IMG/VR virus record: IMGVR_UViG_3300021963_000021 | Span: 62,001-126,000 of that record | DNA: 64,000 nt | Direction: 5' to 3' (one strand) | Shown here: positions 21,315-31,106 of the stretch, piece after piece | Numbering within the stretch: the stretch's first letter is position 1 | Layout: the number at the start of each line of letters is the position of its first letter | The notes under the pieces: model-generated | What the model saw: only the letters and a program-made list of their open reading frames with translations | Databases searched by the model: none | What the model was told of the DNA's origin: nothing | Translations under genes and position numbers: made by a program

Positions 21315-24300
21315 TTATCCGAGCAGTATGCTAAACAGCTGACCTAGGTCATCTATTTCTGCTTCTGTGGCTGTGACAGACTGTCCAGCTAAAGATGTGT
21401 ATTCTATTCCATTAAAAATTTCAGGAACAGAAAGTTGAGTGTTGTATCTAAGATCACCGGTTTCTGGATTCAAAGGTCTTGACGCAGTATTACCGCTAGG
21501 GATTACTAGTGCTGTAGTTGAATTAAATTTAACATAACCAAAGCCTGTGCTGTCAAAACTCATAGGCAAACTGTTGCTTAGATTTATAAACGCATTGTCT
21601 ACAACTGTGGTTTGATCTAAAACAGGAATACCTGCGCCGTTTGGTGTAATATTGATATTTCCGTTTGACTGTGTGGTAAACTGATTGTTGTTTAAATCTA
21701 TATTATTGCCCAAACGTAATCCGTTAGCTCTTAACCCTGCGGAAGTTATTTCCATTGCGGCTGTTCCGCCCGCAACAAAGTTTAATATGTTTGAGCTGTT
21801 AGTAGCAGTTACTGAGGTGAGTTTGTTGGCTGAATAAACTCCATTGAAAGGTTTAGTTGCGGCTGCTGACCAGCCTTCTACCCTAGCTGTAGTAGAATTG
21901 TATCTAAGGTCACCATTTAATCCAACAATGCGCTGTGCTGTAGTGCCGTTGGGCAATTTTACAGCATTTGTTTTATCGACGATTAAATTTTTTCCACTAG
22001 CAGGAGTTATCGTGATATTAGCATTAGTAGTGTTTGCTATAATACTATTATTTCTAAACAGTATTTCTTCAGCTAGTACACCGCCTGTACCATCACCTTT
22101 TAGATTTAGATTACTGTTTGATAGCGTAGTAGAGATAAAATTATCCCGAACTCTGATATCTCCGTCAAAGAAAACATCTGCTGTCAGCGTGTTATTAACA
22201 GTCAATCGACCAGTGACTATATCTCCGTAGACATTTAAATTCTGTAGAATATCTGCTCTATCATTGAACTTAACTCGGCCAGTGCCTGCTGCTCTAAGCT
22301 CAACATCGCTGCTTGATAATGTAGTAAAAATTCTATTGTCAGTGAAATTGTAGTTTTCAAATCTAGCTTCAGAGCTGGCAGTAAGTGTTCCAGTTAGATC
22401 ATAGGAACCTGTGGCCGTGTAGTTGCCAGTTCTGTTTATAGTACCTGTAACAGACAACAATCCGTTAACTGCTGTTGCTTTAAGAGCAGTAGTTCCTTGT
22501 ACTGTTAGATCATATGTTTCAAAATTATTAACAGGTACAGAAATAATTCCGGCACCGTTGGCTCTAAGTTCTAGATCAGCATTTGAAATAGTTGTTGTGA
22601 TAAAATTATCGTCAACTAAAACAGTGCCTGTGCTGATAGCATTGAAATTAACTCTGCCGACTGTGATATCCTGTGTAGTTAATGTACCAGTTACTGATAA
22701 ATTTTGACCAAACACCACAGGGTTAGTGGCCATTACTATGTTGCCGCTGCCAGCAGCACGTAGTTCTAGATCGCTGTTGCTGTCAACTGTGGTTATCCTA
22801 TTGGCCCGTAATCTAACGTTGGCTAGATCCACTGGCTGAGTGATACCATTACTCTGTGTTAATGTTCCTGTGAGATCAAAATCTCCAGTTTGTGTTCTAT
22901 TACCAGTTTGTGTTATCAACGCATTGGCTAGATTTTGTACAGTTACATCGCCATTTATATTTGTATTAAGAAGGTCAGTGGTATCGTTTACAGTTAAATT
23001 ATTAGAAATTGTTACGCTGTCAGCGATTAATATTTTACCAGTGCCATGCGCAGCAAGTTCTAGGTCAGCATTTGAAGTAGTAGTGTAAATGCTGTTGTCG
23101 TCTACTAATATTTCACCGTTAGTTAGGCGGTCCATTGATAAACGATTAACAATGGTTATGTCATCTACAGTCAGCGTGTTAGCGACTGTTAGATTTTTTG
23201 TTATTTGAACATTGTCGATCATCTCAACAATGTTGCCTGTGCCAGCAACTAGTTCTAAATCTGCGTTTGATGTAGTTGTACGTACAACGTTATCTGTAAT
23301 ATTGATTTCTGTAAATTGAGCAACTTCTGTAACTGTTAGATCCCCAACAAGATTTAGATTACCAGTCTGGAATGTGTTGCCAGTGCGTGTTGTTAACCCG
23401 TTATCTGTTATTGTTCCGTTGACTACCGTTGACTCGAGATCAGTGAATCCATCTACATTTAGATCTTGTCCAGATTGTAGAGAATCCTGTACTACTATCT
23501 TACCTGTGGCCGCAGCCGCAAGATCTAAATCACTGTTAGATAAAGTAGTCTTAACCTGATTACCTTGGATCTGTATATTGCCATCATATAAAGAATCTGC
23601 GCTGACTTGATTATCTACTGTTAGTGTTGGCGTTGAAAACTGGCCACCAATGAACAGATCGTTTGTGATAACAACATTGTTAGTTGGTACTGCTACTAGG
23701 CCTGCGCCCGCAGCGATAAAGTTTAAATCACTGTTAGAAGTAGTAGTCGAAAGTGTGTTACCAACTATAGATATATCGCCTAGATTTATACTTAGGTTGT
23801 TGAGATAAAAATCTCCGTTAAGATCAACATCGCCGGTCTGTGTTTTATTTCCAGTCTGTGTGATATTTCCAGTAATTGATAAGGCACCAACATTGTTAAC
23901 TGACGTTACGTTGCTAGATCCATTAACTGTTAGATTGTTATCAATTGCCAATGGACTTATAGCATGTACAGTGCCTGCTCCGGCTGAAGTTAACTCTATA
24001 TCAGAATTTGATACGGTTGTAGTGATTCTATTTCCGCTGACCTTGACATTATCTAATGTAAGATCAACCGCTGATAGATTCAACCATTTTAATAAGTTTG
24101 ATCCAAGACTGCTAGTGTCAGTTACTTTAGGAAGTAGGTCGCTGCTGATCTCGGCATCAAACTGAACTTGATCTATGGTTTGATTTCCAACTGCTAGTGT
24201 TCCTTCGATATTAAAATCACCAGTCATTGATAGATTAGCATTAACTGTTATGTCTTGATCTAGATTTAAAATATTATTAATAGCATTGATGTTTACACTA

Positions 24301-26156
24301 CCGCTGATACTTGATATGGTATTATCTTTGAATTTAATATTGTTAGCATCGACTTCTGTAGGTAATATTTTAATAATGTTAGTACCGTCAGAAATTATTA
24401 TTTGATTAATGCCACCAACGTTTTGACCAATACCGTTCAATGTAACAAAACCTGTGGCTTGATCGACAAAGAATGCTTCTCCTACACGGAAGTTACCCTG
24501 TGCGTCATCGCTTTGATAATATATTTTTGCGGAGTTTAAAGGAACAACTTCATTATCTTGTATAGTTAATGTGGGATCGTTGGTTTTGATTAATCCCGAT
24601 CCTATGTAACCAAAGTTGTGCTGTATCAAATACATGATAACAGCATCACCGTTGCCTTCTGCGCCTACATCTCCGTACACAGAAGCAGATCCGATACTTC
24701 TTAGTTCAGCACCAAATTTTACACCTTGGCTGGCAAACCCTAATGTTCCATTGGTAGCATATAGACCTTTGCTGGCAAAATATGTAAATGAGTTTAACCA
24801 TTCAACTCGAACACCATTGGTCATGAACAATGCTATCGAACCTGGTACTATAAAAGTCACAGAGTGGAACAGCATTGTCGCTTGATTAGATGTTGACAGG
24901 ACAACAGCCCCATCTACTAAGGCGCCGCGGCCCGCTTCTATCAAAGGAAGATTAGGTTCTGTTATTACTGTGATATTTTGCACATATGGCGATCTTGAAA
25001 CTACATTAAACCCGGGAGCAAATCTAAAAGCATATCCTGTGCCTGTGCCGCTGTTGTAATAAAATCCAGAGACTGTTAAATCTGTAACTGTAGTTTCACC
25101 ATTGAGCAAGAAAGCATCTTTGTCATTAGTTGCGGGCGTTGGGGTTATTTTTACAGCTCGTAAGCCTGTGCCTTTTACGGTTACACCCTGTGGCACAGTC
25201 ATTGGGAATATTTCTTGATACTCGCCTGGTAAAATATAAACAGTATCGCCGCTGACACACTGTGACAGCGCATATTTTACAGAAGCAAATGGTCCACTAG
25301 GATGATCACCAACGTTGCTATTGTCTCCATTTTCAGCAACATAATATGTGTTACCTGGACGTGTGGCAATATTTGTAATACCGGGAAACGATAACGTAGG
25401 TGATGTTAGATAAAGACTGTTAACAAATTTAGTATGTAACTCTTTCCATTTTTTAGCCTGCGATTCGCTGGAGCCGCCGTCTACAAGTCCAGTGAATGTT
25501 ATAGTAGATGCGCTGCCGGCATCTACGAAAGTCACAGGTGGAGAGTTGGCATATTCTCCATCTAATACCAGTGTATTGAAATTTGAACCAAGATTGTATG
25601 CGTCAGAAACATCTGGGATCAGGTCACTGTTGACATCAACATTAAATGACACAGAATCAGTATTTTGATTTCCAAATGTTATAGTTCCGTCAAAGGTTAC
25701 ATCGCCAGTTGAATGTAAATTTCCTCTAACATCAAAATTAGAAACAGTTGTAACTATTCCTGTACCATGAGGTCTAAGTTCTATACTAGCGTTTGAAACT
25801 ACTGTGGATATAGAATTATCGTTGAACTGTAAACCGCTGGTTGTTTTTAAAGTGTCTGTGTTAATAACACTATTTGTAAAAACATCGCTGGGTAGATATG
25901 TAAACGTGTTAGCTACACCATCTATAACCCAATCATCTATTTGGAAGTAATTGTCAACTATGAGGTTTATAGTCCTCATAGAATTATTAACCGTGAGCTC
26001 ACGTGTTACAGCATCGGTATTGACACCGAGTTTTCCTGTAATTACATCAAGATAAAGATTATTATCGCCTAGCTCGTTTTCAAAAACAAGATCAACCCCG
26101 TCTCTGACGAGATTGTCTTTGAGCATTGGCCCGGATATTCTACCTAGTTCTGACAA
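21315..26156 (-). CDS. Giant repetitive fibre protein (1613 aa), paralogue of 15322..21177 lacking LamG
   Basis: MS.LGRISGP.LK.NL.R.GVDL.FE start, shared DAFLLNGETTV and NGVR.EWLNSFTY blocks; TTG start with AAGGAG SD. Confidence 0.7.
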   Translation of the reverse strand: MSELGRISGPMLKDNLVRDGVDLVFENELGDNNLYLDVITGKLGVNTDAVTRELTVNNSMRTINLIVDNYFQIDDWVIDGVANTFTYLPSDVFTNSVINTDTLKTTSGLQFNDNSISTVVSNASIELRPHGTGIVTTVSNFDVRGNLHSTGDVTFDGTITFGNQNTDSVSFNVDVNSDLIPDVSDAYNLGSNFNTLVLDGEYANSPPVTFVDAGSASTITFTGLVDGGSSESQAKKWKELHTKFVNSLYLTSPTLSFPGITNIATRPGNTYYVAENGDNSNVGDHPSGPFASVKYALSQCVSGDTVYILPGEYQEIFPMTVPQGVTVKGTGLRAVKITPTPATNDKDAFLLNGETTVTDLTVSGFYYNSGTGTGYAFRFAPGFNVVSRSPYVQNITVITEPNLPLIEAGRGALVDGAVVLSTSNQATMLFHSVTFIVPGSIALFMTNGVRVEWLNSFTYFASKGLYATNGTLGFASQGVKFGAELRSIGSASVYGDVGAEGNGDAVIMYLIQHNFGYIGSGLIKTNDPTLTIQDNEVVPLNSAKIYYQSDDAQGNFRVGEAFFVDQATGFVTLNGIGQNVGGINQIIISDGTNIIKILPTEVDANNIKFKDNTISSISGSVNINAINNILNLDQDITVNANLSMTGDFNIEGTLAVGNQTIDQVQFDAEISSDLLPKVTDTSSLGSNLLKWLNLSAVDLTLDNVKVSGNRITTTVSNSDIELTSAGAGTVHAISPLAIDNNLTVNGSSNVTSVNNVGALSITGNITQTGNKTQTGDVDLNGDFYLNNLSINLGDISIVGNTLSTTTSNSDLNFIAAGAGLVAVPTNNVVITNDLFIGGQFSTPTLTVDNQVSADSLYDGNIQIQGNQVKTTLSNSDLDLAAAATGKIVVQDSLQSGQDLNVDGFTDLESTVVNGTITDNGLTTRTGNTFQTGNLNLVGDLTVTEVAQFTEINITDNVVRTTTSNADLELVAGTGNIVEMIDNVQITKNLTVANTLTVDDITIVNRLSMDRLTNGEILVDDNSIYTTTSNADLELAAHGTGKILIADSVTISNNLTVNDTTDLLNTNINGDVTVQNLANALITQTGNRTQTGDFDLTGTLTQSNGITQPVDLANVRLRANRITTVDSNSDLELRAAGSGNIVMATNPVVFGQNLSVTGTLTTQDITVGRVNFNAISTGTVLVDDNFITTTISNADLELRANGAGIISVPVNNFETYDLTVQGTTALKATAVNGLLSVTGTINRTGNYTATGSYDLTGTLTASSEARFENYNFTDNRIFTTLSSSDVELRAAGTGRVKFNDRADILQNLNVYGDIVTGRLTVNNTLTADVFFDGDIRVRDNFISTTLSNSNLNLKGDGTGGVLAEEILFRNNSIIANTTNANITITPASGKNLIVDKTNAVKLPNGTTAQRIVGLNGDLRYNSTTARVEGWSAAATKPFNGVYSANKLTSVTATNSSNILNFVAGGTAAMEITSAGLRANGLRLGNNIDLNNNQFTTQSNGNINITPNGAGIPVLDQTTVVDNAFINLSNSLPMSFDSTGFGYVKFNSTTALVIPSGNTASRPLNPETGDLRYNTQLSVPEIFNGIEYTSLAGQSVTATEAEIDDLGQLFSILLG

Positions 26157-26164
26157 GATGCGCT

Positions 26165-26188
26165 CCTTACAACGTATTTATTGTAAGG
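26165..26188 (-). promoter_or_regulatory. Late promoter (TAAATA) in the loop of an 8-bp hairpin that overlaps the SD
   Basis: Minus strand reads CCTTACAA-TAAATACG-TTGTAAGG-AG; the 3' arm includes the AAGG of the AAGGAG SD. Confidence 0.65.
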
Positions 26189-26196
26189 GCTGATGC

Positions 26197-27039
26197 TTAT
26201 TGATCGTAGCCCGTGTATACGGTTACTGGTTTTGTGTTTGGAACAGCTGAAAGGAATTTCAAATGCCATCCTGGTTTAGCGATCTTAACAGTGTAAGATC
26301 CGCCTGTTGCTCCTGGTACTGTTACAGTATAAGATTCTGAACCATCATACCCAGAACCCGGAGTGTTTATAGAAATGTAAGTCACTACGCCGCCACCATC
26401 TACTGTAGCTGTGCCTGTAGCTGCTACACCTCCCGAAGGAGTGGTAAATGTTACAGCAACGGGTGTCGATGGAGTTAGCCCTGTACCACCCGAATTAACC
26501 TGTACACCAACTACTATACCGGCCGATTCTATTAGATCAAAGTTAGTTCCGGAAATTTGTACTACATTTTCTACTAGAACCATCATGTTATCTACATAGT
26601 CTAAAGGATTTAGCCCTTGTGCTAGCCCAGGAACATAAGTTAATGGTTCACCGCTGATTGGAAAATATTTGCTGATGTCTTGATTAGTTTGTGTAATAGC
26701 ATCCCAGTTGCCAACACCAAGGTCGTCCTTAATGACTTTCGCAGGACCTTGTAATCTTATTGGAAACCATTGTCCTTCAAAGAATGCTTCTAGACCAACA
26801 GCACGATTTGGCCAGTACACTGGAGTATCGGCAAACTCGTGATCAGCAGTATCGTTGGTAGTAAAACGCAACATCCCAGTCTCTTCGCTGCCTGTAAATG
26901 GTCTATTATCTATATCCCCTTTAGGCAAACGCACACTGTCCTGCGATGAAAATATCGCACGACCTGTTGGATATTTGACAATAAATTTAGAATCAGTGAT
27001 GCTAAACTTACTAAGATTTTGTGTTTTAAGAAATTTCAT
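26197..27039 (-). CDS. Virion structural protein
   Basis: Likely start MKFLKTQ at 27039 (ATGA overlap with the upstream stop); G.LRF and V..GGTG/PGSGY repeats typical of fibre/baseplate proteins. Confidence 0.6.
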   Translation of the reverse strand: MKFLKTQNLSKFSITDSKFIVKYPTGRAIFSSQDSVRLPKGDIDNRPFTGSEETGMLRFTTNDTADHEFADTPVYWPNRAVGLEAFFEGQWFPIRLQGPAKVIKDDLGVGNWDAITQTNQDISKYFPISGEPLTYVPGLAQGLNPLDYVDNMMVLVENVVQISGTNFDLIESAGIVVGVQVNSGGTGLTPSTPVAVTFTTPSGGVAATGTATVDGGGVVTYISINTPGSGYDGSESYTVTVPGATGGSYTVKIAKPGWHLKFLSAVPNTKPVTVYTGYDQ

Positions 27040-27398
27040 ACTGGTAATACGCTCACTGTACACACGATAGCACTATTCTGAGATGCTGATGCTTGTATAC
27101 TATCGCCTGGGCCTAATACAACTCGTTCTGTATCAAAAAATACTGTTTCTCCACCTGGAATTGATAATTCTTTTATAATTGCGTTAACGCCAGCCGATGG
27201 AGAATCTCCAGCTTTTACTAGGTATACGTTTATAGAAACAGAATTTGTAGTTTCGTCAATAGGCGGTGTTGAATCTGGGCTCAGTATGTTACAGAAAATC
27301 ATAGTAGTAATTGCGCTCTGTACGTTTAAATCGCCGGCATTGCCTGGGGCAGTAAACACCACTCCGTCACTTGTTGTTAATGTATAATTCTCAATCAT
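27036..27398 (-). CDS. Small beta-rich virion protein (fibre partner family, paralogue 3)
   Basis: AITTMIFCN...IPGGETVFFDTERVVLGPGD pattern like the other two small proteins. Confidence 0.55.
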   Translation of the reverse strand: MIENYTLTTSDGVVFTAPGNAGDLNVQSAITTMIFCNILSPDSTPPIDETTNSVSINVYLVKAGDSPSAGVNAIIKELSIPGGETVFFDTERVVLGPGDSIQASASQNSAIVCTVSVLPV

Positions 27399-27407
27399 TG
27401 CTGTTCC

Positions 27408-28973
27408 TTAAAATAAAATACTGTAGACCAGTGCTTTATGTTTACTTATTAGTTCATTTTTTACAGGATATGAAACAAGATCACCTGCGTTAAATTGAGT
27501 ATTGTTAACTACCCATTGCTCCCACGCTATAGTCTGTGACTCACTGTTATAATATAAACCTGTTCCACCAGGAGTTAGCACGTCTACATTAGATGTTAAC
27601 TCTCCTGCTGGGTTTTTGTATTCTATAGTTTCATCGTTACCAAAAATTATCGAACTGCCAGGTATGGCCGCCACTGGATCTAACGTACCAGTAGCATTAA
27701 AAATAGCAGCACGACTAAACTCAACACCTGCTGTGCCAAAAGTTCTTAGCTGTATATTTCCGTTAGTGTTGTTATTGGTAATTGCGTTATTTTGTACTTC
27801 AAGATCACCTAGTTCTATTCTATTGCTATAGAATGTTGTGATATCTTGATTGTCAATTACTACACGAACACGGCTTTCAGTTAATGCTAGGCTTCCGCCA
27901 GCTATCAACGAAACTGTAGGAATGCTGCTGTAAGCAGAACCAGCATCGACCATGTTAATGCCAGTGATCTGTTGGTAAGTATCATTCAGCGGATCAAGGT
28001 CAACTACTGCTACTGCTGAAGCAGTTATAGATCCTAATACAGAACCAAATGCCACTGACGCAGATTCGTAGTCATTACCAGAATTTAATACTTCAACTCC
28101 GTAGACACTCCATAGGATGTCAAAGGTTGCGTTTTCACCTAGTGCGTTTGCAGCTGTAGAGATATTGTTATTAGAGAGCGGCAATGTAACAAACTGTCCG
28201 CTGTTTATAACAGTGAAATCATCTATACCACCACCCGGCAATATAGCTTCAACTCGTATCACAGCATCGACCGCAGTTACGCCATCAGTGATAACCAACA
28301 GTTCACCAACAGCATAATCATTACCAGCTTGATTAATCTGAATATCTTGTATCTGCATCACAGCACGGCCAGTTGCGCCACCTGCGGTATCTTGTACGAT
28401 CACAAACGTGTCGTCACGTCTAATTTCGTTGTCTGGTTCTCTGTTTCTAATAGCAAGGTCTACATAACGTTTGTTTGGAATATCGTCATCTGCGTTTACC
28501 TGTGCTTCGTAGTCTGTGGTACCTAGCACTTTAACTACGCCGGTGCCTGTACCAATAAGTGTTAAGTCGCCACCGTCAGTGGTTGCGTTTGTTGTTATCT
28601 GTCTAATTCTTAACGAACTGTTGTTATAGGAAATGTTTGTTCCTATACGTTCGATAATTTCCCAACCGTTTGAAAGCTCGTCAAATCTAATGCTTGGGTA
28701 CGGATTCTCAAGACCAGGGGCATAGAAGCCCCTGTCTATTTCGATACCGGAGTAACCTTCAGTTACTCCGTCACCAGTTTCACCTTTGTTTAAAAGTATG
28801 ATATTGTCTTCGATTTCAAGATTTGTGGCCTGTATATAAACTGTTTCACCTTCGACTACTAGGTCGCCAGTGACACGAACTGCCCCAATGCCAGCACCAG
28901 TGTCTAAAACAACTGTGCCGCCTCGGGAAGTTTTAATCTTATAATCACCACTGGTCTGTAGGACTTGACTCAT
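27408..28973 (-). CDS. Virion structural/fibre protein (521 aa)
   Basis: GDLVVEG...IEDNIILLNKGE...SGIEIDRG motif and G.DY repeats common in large-phage structural proteins. Confidence 0.6.
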   Translation of the reverse strand: MSQVLQTSGDYKIKTSRGGTVVLDTGAGIGAVRVTGDLVVEGETVYIQATNLEIEDNIILLNKGETGDGVTEGYSGIEIDRGFYAPGLENPYPSIRFDELSNGWEIIERIGTNISYNNSSLRIRQITTNATTDGGDLTLIGTGTGVVKVLGTTDYEAQVNADDDIPNKRYVDLAIRNREPDNEIRRDDTFVIVQDTAGGATGRAVMQIQDIQINQAGNDYAVGELLVITDGVTAVDAVIRVEAILPGGGIDDFTVINSGQFVTLPLSNNNISTAANALGENATFDILWSVYGVEVLNSGNDYESASVAFGSVLGSITASAVAVVDLDPLNDTYQQITGINMVDAGSAYSSIPTVSLIAGGSLALTESRVRVVIDNQDITTFYSNRIELGDLEVQNNAITNNNTNGNIQLRTFGTAGVEFSRAAIFNATGTLDPVAAIPGSSIIFGNDETIEYKNPAGELTSNVDVLTPGGTGLYYNSESQTIAWEQWVVNNTQFNAGDLVSYPVKNELISKHKALVYSILF

Positions 28974-28987
28974 ACTTTAATTCCAAA

Positions 28988-29518
28988 TTAGATAGCTGTT
29001 AGGATGATTTGATCACCTGATGAATCGTTGTCTAAGAACCAAGTGTATCTGTTACCACTGAAGTCGATAGCAGTACGCTTGTTTAAGTGAGCGATTCTTG
29101 TAGCAGAAGCATCTGGACCACCTGCTGTGTAACCTGTTAGTCTCATTTCGCCTGCTGCTGCTGGTGTGCCGCTTACTAGTTTAGCAACTTGAACAAGTCT
29201 CACAGTTCCGTCTGTTGTTAGACCCGATCCTGATACTGTAGCTTTGAATATTTTGCCAACATAGGCATTGTCAACACCAAGTGCTGCCCAATTTGTTGTG
29301 CCTAATGAAAGTATAACGTATGTTGAACCTACCGCGATATTTTCGTCTGCTACTGTTGATACATCAGCAACTAGATAACGGTGAGCACCTTTTTGTTTGA
29401 TAATATATACATCGGTTTGATTTGAAGCAAAATATGCTTCGCAGCGGATGCCTGCTGCACTTACGTAAGTACCGAATACTTCAGTACCACGTACATCTCT
29501 TCGTACTGGACGTCCCAT
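28988..29518 (-). CDS. Structural protein, possibly head decoration (176 aa)
   Basis: Start MGRPV at 29518 follows AAGGAG SD; own late promoter; close to the major capsid gene. Confidence 0.55.
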   Translation of the reverse strand: MGRPVRRDVRGTEVFGTYVSAAGIRCEAYFASNQTDVYIIKQKGAHRYLVADVSTVADENIAVGSTYVILSLGTTNWAALGVDNAYVGKIFKATVSGSGLTTDGTVRLVQVAKLVSGTPAAAGEMRLTGYTAGGPDASATRIAHLNKRTAIDFSGNRYTWFLDNDSSGDQIILTAI

Positions 29519-29586
29519 TGTTTTCTCCTTAATTGACGTTCTAGGTCTACGCGGTGGGTACCGCATAATTAACTTAGATACTTTAT

Positions 29587-29856
29587 TTATCCGCGGCTTA
29601 ACAATGACATTAGCTCAATCTTTTCCACAGTCTTTATAACTCTGTTTATTTCATCTAGCTCGTGTTGTGCCTTTTCAATATACCTACGCTGTTTGGTTTG
29701 TCTGTAGAATATTCCAGCTATTGAATAATTTTGAATATGTGTTTCTATGATGTTTTCTATTTGATTAACATCGTGTGAAAACATAGGAAAGCGTTTGCGC
29801 CATTCGCTGAATTTTTTTCTAAGTTCTGGAAAATCTTTATCGCTGGTTACTTCCAT
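29587..29856 (-). CDS. Hypothetical protein (89 aa), probably leaderless
   Basis: ATG at 29856 is 5 nt after TAAATA; the longer track start lies across the capsid terminator. Confidence 0.6.
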   Translation of the reverse strand: MEVTSDKDFPELRKKFSEWRKRFPMFSHDVNQIENIIETHIQNYSIAGIFYRQTKQRRYIEKAQHELDEINRVIKTVEKIELMSLLSRG

Positions 29857-29874
29857 AGCGATATTTAAGTCAAA

Positions 29875-29900
29875 CAAAAAGGCTCCGAAGAGCCTTTTTG
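29875..29900 (-). terminator. Intrinsic terminator after the major capsid gene (cUUCGg loop, symmetric A/T tails)
   Basis: Minus strand CAAAAAGGCTC-TTCG-GAGCCTTTTTG. Confidence 0.9.
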
Positions 29901-29916
29901 CCAATCAACTAAATGA

Positions 29917-31095
29917 TTACTTGAATGATACGCTAGTATCAGTGATCTCAACACGAGCCAAGTAGTCAGCAGCATTGCCAAGAGATGATGCAGTGTTTGT
30001 TAACTCTACATAACCGTATCTTGTCATGAAGCTTACGACTGGTTCGAATGTTGCTGGATCTAGCACAACACCGCTTGACATCAATGGGATGTATGGGCAG
30101 TAGAATGCTGGAGCATCGCTTTCGCTTGAGCCTTTGTAGCCAATTAGCACTGGGGCATCGTTTGTTGCGTATGCGTCAACATATACCTTCATTGCGCTGT
30201 TCAATGTACCAACAAACTTAGTGTTTGTAGGTGCTTCGAATGTACCTTCTGTTGTTCTTGCGAACGCAGAAGTTGTAGCACTTTGTAGGATTGTTAGGGC
30301 GAATGGGCTAACTACAGCGTAGTTACCTGCGCCACGACGTGTACGCTGAGCGATTAGGTTAGACTGACGATTGATTAGAACAGCTAGAGCAGCGTGTTCG
30401 TCACCAACGAAAGTAGCAGTACCTGAAACAGCAGTTTGATCATAAGTTTCAGTTCCTGTACCAGCTAGGGTACGTAGGGAACCAAGAACTTCTTGGTCAA
30501 TTTCAGCTGTAATTTCTTGAGCTAAAGCAGCCATAATTTCTGCTTCAATGTCAATGCCTTGTTGAGCTTGAGCATCCTGAGCAGCTTCGAATGTCCAGCG
30601 AGCTGATAGCTTTCTGGTCTTAGCTTCTACAGTTTGTTTCAAGATTTGGATTGACATACGCTTACCAGCTACACCTTCTAGAGCAGCAGTTGTAGCCGCA
30701 GCAGCTAGAGTAGATGAGCTACCTGGAGCATTACCAGAGTAAGCAGAAGCGATCTTGAATGGGCTGAATGCCTCATCACCAGCTGTCACACCAGCAGCAG
30801 TGTCAGCATAGCGAACACGTAGGGTGTGGATCTGTCCAACTGGGCCTGTCATTGGTTGTACACCAACTAGTTCATTAGCAATGACTGTTGGCATTACACG
30901 TCTGATCACAGGGAGGATCACACGATTTAGGGTTGCAACGTTACCGGCAGAAGTAGCACCAGCAGTGGCACTCTCCGAAAGATACTTGCGGGTATTTTCA
31001 AGAGTTGTGGCCATCACTGTACGACGAGTTCCATTTAGGCCTTCTAAAAGTGCCTCTTTGGTTTCCTGCCAGCGTGACTCGAGTAGTTCTGACAT
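29917..31095 (-). CDS. gp23: Major capsid protein, T4 gp23-like
   Basis: IRRVMP..IANELVGVQPMTGPVGQIHTLR, VEAKTRKL.ARWT.E..QD, EI..EIDQE, FYCPYIPL, FMTRYG motifs. Confidence 0.97.
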   Translation of the reverse strand: MSELLESRWQETKEALLEGLNGTRRTVMATTLENTRKYLSESATAGATSAGNVATLNRVILPVIRRVMPTVIANELVGVQPMTGPVGQIHTLRVRYADTAAGVTAGDEAFSPFKIASAYSGNAPGSSSTLAAAATTAALEGVAGKRMSIQILKQTVEAKTRKLSARWTFEAAQDAQAQQGIDIEAEIMAALAQEITAEIDQEVLGSLRTLAGTGTETYDQTAVSGTATFVGDEHAALAVLINRQSNLIAQRTRRGAGNYAVVSPFALTILQSATTSAFARTTEGTFEAPTNTKFVGTLNSAMKVYVDAYATNDAPVLIGYKGSSESDAPAFYCPYIPLMSSGVVLDPATFEPVVSFMTRYGYVELTNTASSLGNAADYLARVEITDTSVSFK

Positions 31096-31106
31096 ATTAG
31101 TTCTCC

